Of a stretch of 64,000 nucleotides of DNA, positions 9,850-18,987 are shown piece by piece. The notes below the pieces were generated by a model. That model did not search any database and was not told the origin of the DNA. It saw only the letters and a list, made by a program, of their open reading frames with translations. Source of the DNA: Sphingomicrobium sp. (GTDB lineage Bacteria > Pseudomonadota > Alphaproteobacteria > Sphingomonadales > Sphingomonadaceae); the NCBI GenBank assembly GCA_035512655.1, contig DATKDM010000007.1:5215-69214 (forward strand). The letters run 5' to 3'. Both the position numbers and the translations under genes were made by a program. The stretch's first letter is position 1; each line of letters begins with the position of its first letter.

Positions 9850-11121
9850 TTAAGCCGAAATCAGCAATCCCGCCAGCGCGGCGCTCATGAGATTGGCCAG
9901 CGAACCGGCGATCAGCGCGCGGATGCCCAGCCGGGCGATCACCGGCCTTTGGTTGGGCGCAAGGCCGCCGGTCACCGCCATCTGGATGGCGATCGAGCTG
10001 AAATTGGCGAAGCCGCACAGGGCAAAGGTGACGATTGCGCGGCTGCGCTCGCTCATCACCGCCGGGCCCATCTGGCCAAGATCGATGAAAGCGACGAATT
10101 CGTTGAGGACGACCTTGGTGCCGAACAGGCCGCCGGCGGTCCCGGCCTCGTTCCACGGCACGCCGATCAGGAACATGATCGGCGCGAACAGATAGCCGAC
10201 CAGCCGCTGGAAGGTCAGGCCCTCGAGACCGAACCAGCCGCCGACGCCGGAAAGGAGCCCGTTGGCGAGCGCCACCAAGGCGACGAAAGCCAGCACCATC
10301 GCGCCGACCGCGACCGCGAGCTTGACGCCGGTCTGGGCGCCCTGCGCCGCGGCCATGATGATGTTGGCCGGCCGCTCGCCCTCCTCGAACGTCTCGGCGA
10401 GGTCGACCTGGTCCTCTTCCACGGCCCCGCCGGCGAGCGGAAGCTCGTCCGCGGCCGGGGGCTCGTCGGGCATGATGATCTTGGCCATCAATATGCCGCC
10501 CGGGGCGGACATGAAGGCGGCGGCGAGCAGATACGGCAAATATTCCTCGCCGAGCAGGCTCGCGTAGGCGGCGAGGATGGTGCCGGCAACTCCCGCCATT
10601 CCGACCGTCATCAGGGTGAACAGCCGCGACGGCGGCAGCGCGGCGAGGTACGGTCGCACGACCAAAGGCGATTCCGACTGGCCGACGAAGATGTTGGCCG
10701 CCGCGCCCAGCGATTCGACCCGGCTGATGCCGGTGATCCAGCCGATCGCCCCGCCGACCCAGCGGACGACCCGCTGCATGATGCCGAGATAATAAAGGAT
10801 CGAGACGATCGAGGCGAAGAAGATGATCACCGGCAGCGCGCCCAGCGCGAAGGTCAGCGCCAGCGGGTTGTTCTCCGACGGGCCGAACAGGAACTCGGTT
10901 CCCTCGTTGGCGTAGCCGAGCAGATTGGCGACCCCGGTCGACATGCCCCGGATCGCCGCTCGGCCCCACGGCGTGTAGATCACCAGCACCGCGATCCCGG
11001 CCTGCAACGCGAACGCGGCGCCGACGACCCGCAGCCGGATCGCCTTGCGGTTCGATGAAAGCGCGAATGCCAGCGCCAGGATGACGACGATGCCGGCAAT
11101 GCCGAGCAGGATCTGATTCAT
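9850..11121 (-). CDS. nupC: Concentrative nucleoside transporter (NupC/CNT family)
   Basis: Polytopic; ESLGAAANIFVGQSE, GMAGVAG, KVVLNEFVAF, FALCGFANFSSIAI. Confidence 0.93.
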   Translation of the reverse strand: MNQILLGIAGIVVILALAFALSSNRKAIRLRVVGAAFALQAGIAVLVIYTPWGRAAIRGMSTGVANLLGYANEGTEFLFGPSENNPLALTFALGALPVIIFFASIVSILYYLGIMQRVVRWVGGAIGWITGISRVESLGAAANIFVGQSESPLVVRPYLAALPPSRLFTLMTVGMAGVAGTILAAYASLLGEEYLPYLLAAAFMSAPGGILMAKIIMPDEPPAADELPLAGGAVEEDQVDLAETFEEGERPANIIMAAAQGAQTGVKLAVAVGAMVLAFVALVALANGLLSGVGGWFGLEGLTFQRLVGYLFAPIMFLIGVPWNEAGTAGGLFGTKVVLNEFVAFIDLGQMGPAVMSERSRAIVTFALCGFANFSSIAIQMAVTGGLAPNQRPVIARLGIRALIAGSLANLMSAALAGLLISA

Positions 11122-11143
11122 GGAAATTTCCGCTCCCGCCGGC

Positions 11144-11722
11144 CTACCAAACCATACCTTGTGCCGCTGTCCCCGCCGCCTCGTCCAGAAGTTTGATCGC
11201 CTCGTCCGGCGTTTGCGCGACGAGCAGCTGCGCGCGCCGGCGTTCGGACAGGAAACCGCTTGCGGTCGCGTGGTCGATGAATTCGACCAGCCCCTCCCAA
11301 AAGCCGGCGACGTTCAACAGGCAAAGCGGCTTCTTATGGTAGCCGAGCGCGTTCCACGACCACGCCTCGAAAAGTTCGTCGAGCGTGCCGATACCGCCCG
11401 GGAGCGCGAGGAAGCCGTCGGCGAGGTCGGTCATCAGCGCCTTGCGCTCGTGCATGTTCGCGACCTTGTGCAATTCGGTCACCCCAGTGTGCGCGACCTC
11501 GAGATCGACCAAAGCGTGCGGGATTACGCCATAGACCCGGCCGCCCAGCTCCAGAACGCTGTCGGCCATCAGCCCCATCAGGCCAAGGCGCCCGCCGCCG
11601 TAAACCAGGTCGATGCCGTTGCCGACCATCGCCTCGGCCATGGCCTGGGCGGCGTTGGAGAAGACCGGGTCGGACCCGATCGCCGACCCGCAATAGACCG
11701 CGAGGCGCCGCAGGTTGCTCAC
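11144..11722 (-). CDS. LOG family (TIGR00730) nucleotide phosphoribohydrolase
   Basis: VYCGS, LVYGGGRLGLMG, MHERKALM, PGGIGTLDELFE; GTG start overlaps the kinase stop. Confidence 0.92.
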   Translation of the reverse strand: MSNLRRLAVYCGSAIGSDPVFSNAAQAMAEAMVGNGIDLVYGGGRLGLMGLMADSVLELGGRVYGVIPHALVDLEVAHTGVTELHKVANMHERKALMTDLADGFLALPGGIGTLDELFEAWSWNALGYHKKPLCLLNVAGFWEGLVEFIDHATASGFLSERRRAQLLVAQTPDEAIKLLDEAAGTAAQGMVW

Positions 11723-12705
11723 AACCGCACCAGCTCCTTGAGGTCGGCTTCGGGGCGCGCGCCGAAATGAGAGATGACCTCCGCGGCGGCGAGCGCGCCG
11801 GCCTCCAGGCACCGCTCGAGCCCGTGGCCTCGGCAGCGGGCGGCGACAAAGCCCGCCGCGAACAGGTCGCCGGCGCCGGTCGTGTCGATCACGCGCTCGA
11901 CCGGCGCCGCACAAATCTCGACCCGCTCGCCGCTCTCGATCCCGATTGCCCCGGCGGGCCCGCGGGTCACGACCAAAGTCGCGATCTTCGCTGACAACTG
12001 CTCCAAGGCGCGCTCGAGGTCGCCGCTCCCGGTCAGGTGCTGAACCTCGTCCTCGTTGGCGAACAACAGGTCGACGGCGCCGGCGTCGATCAGTCCCTGG
12101 ACCCCCTCTCGGCGGCCGGGGATGCACAGGCTTTCCGACAAAGTGAAGGCGACGGCGCGGCCGGCCAAATGGGCGATCTCGGCGGCTCGCAGCATCGCCC
12201 GACGCGGCCGCTCGGGGCCCCACAGATAGCCTTCGAGATAGGTGATCGCGGCCGAGCGGATCAGCTCCTCGTCGAGGGCCTTGGGACCCAGCTCGTGGCT
12301 GGCGCCGGGACAGGTGTTCATAGTCCGCTGCGCATCTGGGGTGACGAGGATCAAACAACGGCCGGTCGGCGGTCCGCCCACCAGCGGCGGAGTGTCGAAC
12401 TGCACCCCGAGCGCGCGCATGTCGTGGGCGAAGATATCGCCGAGCTGGTCGTCGGCGACCAGGCCGATGAAGGCCGCGCGGCCGCCCAGGGCCGCGACCC
12501 CGGCCATGCTGTTGGCCGCCGAGCCGCCACTGGTCTCGCGGGCGCTGCCCATCGCCGCGTACAGCTCGTCGGCCTCGTCGGCGGTCAGCAGGCGCATCGA
12601 GCCCTTCTGCAGCCCCCGCTCCGCCAGGAATTCATCGTCGCACGTCGCAATCACGTCGACGATGGCGTCACCGATCGCAACGATGTCGAGCTTCGGGGAC
12701 GTCAC
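11719..12705 (-). CDS. Adenosine kinase / PfkB family carbohydrate kinase
   Basis: IGDAIVD, GGSAANS, DAQRTMNT, FANEDE, DTTGAGDLFAAGF; GTG start at 12705 inferred. Confidence 0.9.
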   Translation of the reverse strand: MTSPKLDIVAIGDAIVDVIATCDDEFLAERGLQKGSMRLLTADEADELYAAMGSARETSGGSAANSMAGVAALGGRAAFIGLVADDQLGDIFAHDMRALGVQFDTPPLVGGPPTGRCLILVTPDAQRTMNTCPGASHELGPKALDEELIRSAAITYLEGYLWGPERPRRAMLRAAEIAHLAGRAVAFTLSESLCIPGRREGVQGLIDAGAVDLLFANEDEVQHLTGSGDLERALEQLSAKIATLVVTRGPAGAIGIESGERVEICAAPVERVIDTTGAGDLFAAGFVAARCRGHGLERCLEAGALAAAEVISHFGARPEADLKELVRL

Positions 12706-12810
12706 GGCCGAGTGGCGTAGCGTTCGCCTGCATGAACGGTCAATCCGCCCGTGCCACTCCGGTCCGGAACCGGGCGTTGCATCTCCGCCCAAAGCCGTTA
12801 CCCCTCCACC

Positions 12811-13488
12811 ATGACCAGCGAAGTCCAGGCGGCCGCCGAGGCGCCACAATCGGCAGCCATTCCCCGTTCGTTGTTCGTGCTCGCGGTCTTCTACGGCGGC
12901 ATGGTCGTGATCGCCGGGGTGCTCGCCAACAAACAGATCGAACTCGGGCCGCTGGCGGTCGAGGCCGGTATCCTTGCCTTCCTGATGCTCGTCGTCACGT
13001 CGAGCACGGTCGCCGAGCTGTTCGGCCGGCCGGCCGCAAGCCGGCTGGTACTGTTCGGCTTCGTTCCGCTGATCGCCTCGATGCTGCTGGCGTCCCTGGT
13101 GCTGGCGCTGCCGGCGGCGGACGAGATGGACCCCGAGCGTCTCGCCGCGTTCGAGGTGGTGATGGGCGCGACGCCGCGCATCTGGATCGCCGGCATCATC
13201 GCCTATGGTGTGTCGCAGTTCCTCAACGTCACCATCTTTACCCGCCTGAAGTGCGAGACCGGGCGCCTGCTGTGGCTGCGGGCCGGAGTCGCCGGCGTCC
13301 TGTCGCAGGTCGTCGACACCATTTTGTTCATCGGCATCGCATTTTACGGCGTGTTCCCGATCTTCGGCCTGATGCTCGGCCAGATGCTCGCCAAGGTGGT
13401 GCTGTCGGCGGTGATGGTGCCGCCGCTCATCTATTTGTTCGTCGCGATCGGGCGCCGGCTCGACGAAAGAAGCAGCGGCGACGCTTAG
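12811..13488 (+). CDS. yhhQ: Queuosine precursor transporter (YhhQ/VUT family)
   Basis: LANKQI, STVAELFG, YGVSQFLNVTIF, SQVVDTILFIGIAF, QMLAK. Confidence 0.88.
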   Translation: MTSEVQAAAEAPQSAAIPRSLFVLAVFYGGMVVIAGVLANKQIELGPLAVEAGILAFLMLVVTSSTVAELFGRPAASRLVLFGFVPLIASMLLASLVLALPAADEMDPERLAAFEVVMGATPRIWIAGIIAYGVSQFLNVTIFTRLKCETGRLLWLRAGVAGVLSQVVDTILFIGIAFYGVFPIFGLMLGQMLAKVVLSAVMVPPLIYLFVAIGRRLDERSSGDA

Positions 13489-13602
13489 CGCTTGAATTGC
13501 CCGCCCGGAGATGCTGACTTGATCGCCGAGTCGCGGGGGTGGCGGCTTTACTTAGTGTCAAATCTGCAACGGCTTGAGGGATTCCGGCGAAGGCCCAATT
13601 GG

Positions 13603-13634
13603 CTGTCATCGCAATGTCTTGAACCGGCTATAGC
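13603..13634 (+). promoter_or_regulatory. Candidate PhoB (pho) box with a -10-like element upstream of the TonB-dependent receptor
   Basis: CTGTCAT-CGCA-ATGTCTT (11-bp-period direct repeat, first half-site perfect) at 13603-13620, then GCTATAGC at 13627-13634. Confidence 0.55.
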
Positions 13635-13681
13635 TGCCCCCGGGTCTGTAACTGAGTCGTTCGCCTGGGGGATCTGTTTCC

Positions 13682-16600
13682 GTGAAAAAATCTGTTCTGC
13701 TGCGCTCGTGCGCGATCTTTGCCGTGCCGCTCGCCGTCGCGACGGTCATTCCAACCGCTGCCGAGGCGCAGCAGATCACGACCGAGATCACCGGCCAGGT
13801 GACCAGTGAGGCGGGCGCCCCGGTGCCCAACGCGGTCGTTGTCGTCATCGACAATCGCACCGGCTCGACTCGGGAGATCTCGGCCAACAATCAGGGCCTG
13901 TTCAGTGCCCAGAACCTGTCCACAGGCGGCCCGTACACCGTCACCGCGACCGCCGACGGCTATCAGGGCCAAACGGTCGAGGGGATCACCACGACCCTGC
14001 AGGGCGCGACCCAGCTAACCTTCGCGCTGACCCCGGTTTCGACCGCGGAAACGGGGGACACGATCATCGTCACGGCGCAGCGCGCTCGCGTGACCCAGCT
14101 CGAGGTCGGGCCCGGCACGTCATTCGGCGCGGCGGTCCTCGAAACGGCGCCGTCGTTTAACCGCGACGTGCGTGACATCATTCGCCTTGATCCCCGCGTC
14201 AGCCTCGACCGTGAGGACTCGGCGACCGGCGGTTCGGGCGCCGATCGAATTTCCTGCCTTGGCGGCAACGACCGCGGCAACCTCTTCACGGTCGACGGAA
14301 TCGCCCAGAGCGACATTTACGGTCTCAATGACACCGGCTTCTCGTCGCGCAGCTCGACCCCGCTTCCGTACGATGCGGTACGCGAGACGCAGGTCCAGTT
14401 CGCGCCGTTCGACGTCGAATATGGCCAGTTCACCGGCTGCGCCATCAACGTCGTTACCAAGTCGGGATCGAACCGCTTCCACGGCGACGCTTTCTACGAA
14501 TATGCGAGCGACGATATCCGCGGCAACCGGGTCAAGGACGTAACCGCCGCGCCCGTCAAACCCGAGAAGCGTTGGGGCGCGGCCCTCGGCGGTCCGATCT
14601 GGCGCGACCGCCTGTTCTTTTTCGGCGCCTACGAGCATCACGAGGGGGGGTTCGCCCAGGAGGTCGGCCCGACGGGCGGCGGCTATCCCGAAGAAATCGA
14701 GGGCGTCACGGTCGAGCAGTTCAACCAGTTTTCCGATATCCTGAGCAGCGTCTACGGCATCGACACCGGCGGACTGGTCACCAGCCGGCCGTACAAAAAC
14801 GACCGCTACTTCGGTCGGCTCGACTTCCAGATCACCGACGATCACCGCCTCGAGGCAACCTATCAGCGCCTCAAGGAGAGCACGATCCAGTCGGACGACA
14901 ATGCGACCAGCACCTTCTCCAACAACGCGGTCGGCCTGAACACCTTCTACAACAGCGGCACCGACTCACATTATTACTCGGGCCGCCTCTATTCGAACTG
15001 GTCGGACCGCTTCTCGACCGAGCTGCGCTATTCGCGTTCGGACGTTCAGGATATCCAGAACCCGGTCGGCGGCGGCGAAGCCCAGGACGAGAATCCCATT
15101 CCGCGCATCTTCGTTGGCATCGACAATCCCGGCGACGCAGAAGACGGCACGCTCCAGGCGGGTCCGGGTTTTTCGCGGTCGGCCAATGACCTGAAGACGA
15201 AGATCGACCAGTACCGGGCGGTCGCGAACTATGACGCGGGCGACCACCGCATCAAGTTCGGTGTCGAGATCAACAAGGCCGACATCTTCAACCTGTTCGT
15301 GCAGAATGCGTTCGGCGCGCTGTCCTTCCGAAACTTCGCCGATCTCGAAGCAGGAATTCTGTCGCCCGGAACCGGCAATTTCGAAACCTTCCCCTTGCCC
15401 GACAATCTGATCTCGGGCGAAATCGAAGGAGCGTACGGAAACTTCTCGCGGACCGGGGACGTCAACGACGCTGCCGCCGCGTTCCAGCGGACGATCTACG
15501 CGGTGTACGCGCAGGACGACTGGCGCGTGAACGATCGGCTCGACTTGGTCCTCGGCGTCCGCGGAGACTTTTTCACCGGCGACGCCCCCGATGAGAACCC
15601 AGTGTTCGTCCAGCGCTACGGCCACTCGAATTCGGTCGGCTTCAGCGACCTCGATCCGGTGATCCTGCCACGCCTTGCTTTCACCTATGACCTCAGCGAC
15701 TTCGCCTTCCTGTCGCGCTCGAAGCTGCAGGGCGGCGTCGGCATCTTCTCGGGCGGCGATCCCTTGGTCTGGTTCGGCAACGCCTTCCAGAACAACGGCT
15801 TCGGCTTTGCCGAGGGCACAACGCAAGGCGCCGGGTGCCCAGCCGCGCCGATCGATGTCGTGGTCGGCGGCCAGTTCACCGGCGTACCGGAGTGCATCCG
15901 CGCTGTCGGTGCTGCCCGCGCAGCCGCCGGACTAGGCGACGCGCAGTCCATCGATCCGGACATCAAGATGCCGACCGTGTTCCGGTTGAACCTGGGCTTC
16001 CAGACCCAGTTCAACGTCACGCCAACTGGCTTTTTCAGCGGCTGGAACGCGAACGTCGACTATATCTTCAGCCGGTACAAGGATCCGTTCACGGTAGTCG
16101 ACCTGTCGCAGGTTCCCGACCCTCGCCGCGGCCTTAACGGCTTCACGATCGACGGGCGGCCAATCTACCGGGCCATCGATCCGAACGCCGCTGGCTGCGA
16201 TGCAGTGCTGGAAGGGTGGGATCCGGCACCGATCTATTCGGGCGTCACCACCGCATGCTTCAGCACGTCACGCGATGATGAGATCATGCTGACCAACTCG
16301 GGCGGATACGACAGCCATGTCGCCTCGGCGATCCTGTCGAAGAGCTGGGACACCGGCATCTTTACGCCGGGCGGTGGCACGTTCTTCTCGCTAGGCTATG
16401 CGTACACGGATTCGCAGGACCGGCGGAACATGTTCAATTCGACCGCGGGGTCGAACTTTGACAACGTTGCCGCCTTCGATCGGCAGAATCCGGAAGCTTC
16501 GCGCGGATTCTACGAAAGCCGGCACAATATCTCGCTGGCAACGACGTTCCGGGAGCAGTTCCTGCCGGATCTGGATACGGTGTTCGGCTTTAGCTTCGTC

Positions 16601-17176
16601 GCCCGTTCCGGCCGTCCGTACAGCCTGACGTTCCAGGGCAGCGGCGTGTTCAACGACAGCTCATCCGGCAGCAACAACGCCCTCATCTATTTGCCGACTG
16701 GCGTCAACGATCCGAATGTCTCGCCCCTGTCGGACATGACTGCGGTTCAGGGCCTGGCGGACTTCGCAAGCGGTCTCGGCTGCGCGCGTAACTATATCGG
16801 CCGCACGATCGAGCGTAACACTTGCACGAACGAGTGGTTCTACGACCTCGACCTCAGATTCTCGCAGGAACTTCCGGGCCTGTCGCGACTGACCGGTATC
16901 GGCGGGGCACGCGATTCGTTTCGCGTGTATGCAATGTTCGACAACTTCCTGAACTTCCTGAACAGGGATTGGAACGTCCAGTACCGCCGGAACTTCGCGG
17001 GCTTGCAGGAGATCGGCAACCTCGCATCCGGAAATGGAGGAGTCGATGCGCTGGGACGCTACGTCATTACCGCACTGCCGGGCGACACCGCCCAGTCGCG
17101 GTTCGAGGAAGACCGGTTCATCAACGTCTCCTCATCGGTGTGGCGGATGAAGGTCGGCATCAGCTACCAGTTCTAG
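13682..17176 (+). CDS. TonB-dependent receptor (Oar-like, with N-terminal carboxypeptidase-regulatory-like domain)
   Basis: Signal peptide; ITGQVT...PVPNA.V N-domain; NLFTVDG, FDVEYGQFTGCAINVVTKSGSNRFHG plug; C-terminal ISYQF. Confidence 0.95.
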   Translation: MKKSVLLRSCAIFAVPLAVATVIPTAAEAQQITTEITGQVTSEAGAPVPNAVVVVIDNRTGSTREISANNQGLFSAQNLSTGGPYTVTATADGYQGQTVEGITTTLQGATQLTFALTPVSTAETGDTIIVTAQRARVTQLEVGPGTSFGAAVLETAPSFNRDVRDIIRLDPRVSLDREDSATGGSGADRISCLGGNDRGNLFTVDGIAQSDIYGLNDTGFSSRSSTPLPYDAVRETQVQFAPFDVEYGQFTGCAINVVTKSGSNRFHGDAFYEYASDDIRGNRVKDVTAAPVKPEKRWGAALGGPIWRDRLFFFGAYEHHEGGFAQEVGPTGGGYPEEIEGVTVEQFNQFSDILSSVYGIDTGGLVTSRPYKNDRYFGRLDFQITDDHRLEATYQRLKESTIQSDDNATSTFSNNAVGLNTFYNSGTDSHYYSGRLYSNWSDRFSTELRYSRSDVQDIQNPVGGGEAQDENPIPRIFVGIDNPGDAEDGTLQAGPGFSRSANDLKTKIDQYRAVANYDAGDHRIKFGVEINKADIFNLFVQNAFGALSFRNFADLEAGILSPGTGNFETFPLPDNLISGEIEGAYGNFSRTGDVNDAAAAFQRTIYAVYAQDDWRVNDRLDLVLGVRGDFFTGDAPDENPVFVQRYGHSNSVGFSDLDPVILPRLAFTYDLSDFAFLSRSKLQGGVGIFSGGDPLVWFGNAFQNNGFGFAEGTTQGAGCPAAPIDVVVGGQFTGVPECIRAVGAARAAAGLGDAQSIDPDIKMPTVFRLNLGFQTQFNVTPTGFFSGWNANVDYIFSRYKDPFTVVDLSQVPDPRRGLNGFTIDGRPIYRAIDPNAAGCDAVLEGWDPAPIYSGVTTACFSTSRDDEIMLTNSGGYDSHVASAILSKSWDTGIFTPGGGTFFSLGYAYTDSQDRRNMFNSTAGSNFDNVAAFDRQNPEASRGFYESRHNISLATTFREQFLPDLDTVFGFSFVARSGRPYSLTFQGSGVFNDSSSGSNNALIYLPTGVNDPNVSPLSDMTAVQGLADFASGLGCARNYIGRTIERNTCTNEWFYDLDLRFSQELPGLSRLTGIGGARDSFRVYAMFDNFLNFLNRDWNVQYRRNFAGLQEIGNLASGNGGVDALGRYVITALPGDTAQSRFEEDRFINVSSSVWRMKVGISYQF

Positions 17177-17213
17177 CCACCGCGGCCAGGGCAAGGACGG
17201 AGTTGCCGAGCGC

Positions 17214-18782
17214 TTAGGCAAGCAACGAATAGGCGGCGGTGGTGAGGAACTCCGGCGGCTGGTCGGCGGTCACCATGCCGTGGAACAGCCGCGCCGCTTC
17301 GTCGAGACGCGGGCCGCCGCCAAGCGCGGCGAGCTCTTCCTCGAAGAGCTGCTCGAACCGCGCGCGGTCGAGCCGGATGCCGCCGTCCAGCGGCGCTTCG
17401 AAGCGCAGCCATTGCCACAGCTGCGAGCGGCAGATCTCGGCGGTCGCGGCGTCCTCCATCAGATTGTAGAGCGGCACCGCGCCCTTGCCGCCGAGCCAGG
17501 CGGCGAGATACTGCACTCCGACGCGGATGTTCTCGCGGGCCCCGGCTTCGGTTCGCACGCCCTGGTGCAGCTCGAGCATCGCATCGCGGCCCGGTACCTG
17601 CTCGGGCACTTTCGACAATTGGTTGGGACCCTCCATCGCCGCGAAGGCCTCTAGCGCGACCACGACCAGCGCCGGATGAGCGACCCAGGTGCCGTCGTGG
17701 CCATTGGTCACTTCGCGCAATTTGTCGGCGCGCACTTTTTCGAGCGCGGCCGCGTTCGCCGCCGCGTTGCCCTTGACCGGGATGAACGCCGACATGCCGC
17801 CCATCGCATGGGCTCCGCGGCGGTGGCAGGTGGCGATCAGCCGCAATGAGTAAGCGGCGAGAAATGCTCGGTCCATGGTCATCGCCGAGCGGTCGGGGGT
17901 CAGCCGGTCCGGGGTTCGCCCGAGCCGCTTGATGTACGAGAAGATATAGTCCCAGCGGCCGCAATTGAGCCCGACGATGTTGGCGCGCAAAGCGAAGAGA
18001 ATTTCGTCCATCTCGAACGCCGCCGGGATGGTCTCGATGAGCACCGTGGCCTTGATCGCGCCGCGCTCGATCCGCAGCTTGGCTTCGGCGAACGCGAAGA
18101 CGTCGCTCCACAGTTCCGCCTCGTGGCGGTTCTCGAGCTTCGGCAGGTAAAAATAAGGGCCGGAGCCGGCAGCCAGCGAAGCGCGGGCATTGTGCCAAAG
18201 GTAAAGCCCGAAATCGAACAGCGCGCCGGCGATCGGCTGCCCGGCGACGGTCACGTGGCGCTCGTCGAGGTGCCAGCCGCGCGGCCGGACCATCAGCACG
18301 GCGGGATTGTCCCCTATCGCATAATGCTTGCCCCTTGCGGGATCGTCATAGTCGAGCCGCGCGAGCCAGCGGTTGCGCAGGTTCACCTGGCCCTGGACCA
18401 GCTCGTCCCACGCCGGAGCGGTCGCGTCCTCGAAGTCGGCCATGAACACCTTGGCGCCGCTATTGAGCGCGTTGATGATCATCTTGGCGTTGGTCGGCCC
18501 GGTAATCTCGACGCGGCGGTCCTGGAGGTCGACCGGCGCGGGCGCGACGGTCCATTCGGCGTCGCGGACGTCGCTGGTCTCGGCGGGGAAATCCGGAAGC
18601 TCGCCGGCGTCGAAGGCCGCCTGGCGCTCGAGCCGCCGTTCGAGCAAGGCGAGGCGCCGCCTATCGAACCGTTCGTGGAGCTCGGCGAGGAAGTCGAGCG
18701 CGTCGGCCGTCAACACCTCGCCGGCGCCCCGCACGCCGGACGCCGCGGCCGAAACCCGCTGCAGATCGATGATGCCGCTCAC
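17214..18782 (-). CDS. aceB: Malate synthase A
   Basis: DRRVEITGP, FMADFED, VRPRGWHL, YLPKLE, LNCGRWDYIFS, HAMGGM, GHDGTWVAHP, LMEDAATAEICRSQLWQW; GTG start overlaps the DUF4170 stop. Confidence 0.95.
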   Translation of the reverse strand: MSGIIDLQRVSAAASGVRGAGEVLTADALDFLAELHERFDRRRLALLERRLERQAAFDAGELPDFPAETSDVRDAEWTVAPAPVDLQDRRVEITGPTNAKMIINALNSGAKVFMADFEDATAPAWDELVQGQVNLRNRWLARLDYDDPARGKHYAIGDNPAVLMVRPRGWHLDERHVTVAGQPIAGALFDFGLYLWHNARASLAAGSGPYFYLPKLENRHEAELWSDVFAFAEAKLRIERGAIKATVLIETIPAAFEMDEILFALRANIVGLNCGRWDYIFSYIKRLGRTPDRLTPDRSAMTMDRAFLAAYSLRLIATCHRRGAHAMGGMSAFIPVKGNAAANAAALEKVRADKLREVTNGHDGTWVAHPALVVVALEAFAAMEGPNQLSKVPEQVPGRDAMLELHQGVRTEAGARENIRVGVQYLAAWLGGKGAVPLYNLMEDAATAEICRSQLWQWLRFEAPLDGGIRLDRARFEQLFEEELAALGGGPRLDEAARLFHGMVTADQPPEFLTTAAYSLLA

Positions 18783-18976
18783 CGGCGGCCCGGCTCGGCG
18801 GCGATCGAATAGCGTGTCGTCGCTCCGCACCCGTCGCGGAAGGTCAGCCGCTGCCACTCAGTCCGAGCGCGCAATTCATCGCTGAACGGACCGCTGATCG
18901 TCTCGGTGCCGGGCTCGAGCTGCCCGAACGCGCAGTCGCGATAATCGCCGCCGACCACCCAGTAACGCTGTCCCAT
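18779..18976 (-). CDS. Small DUF4170-like protein between aceA and aceB
   Basis: MGQRYWVVGGDY...GPFSDE..AR.EWQRLT...RY.I; GAGGAA RBS; overlaps the aceB start. Confidence 0.7.
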   Translation of the reverse strand: MGQRYWVVGGDYRDCAFGQLEPGTETISGPFSDELRARTEWQRLTFRDGCGATTRYSIAAEPGRR

Positions 18977-18987
18977 GCTTTCCTCCT

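Noticed and set aside
12706-12810. preQ1 riboswitch upstream of the queuosine-precursor transporter
   Set aside because: No preQ1 class I/II consensus or A-rich tail is visible in the short intergenic region.
17177-17213. Rho-independent terminator between the TBDR and aceB
   Set aside because: Only a weak GGCAA/TTGCC pairing and no U-tract on either strand.
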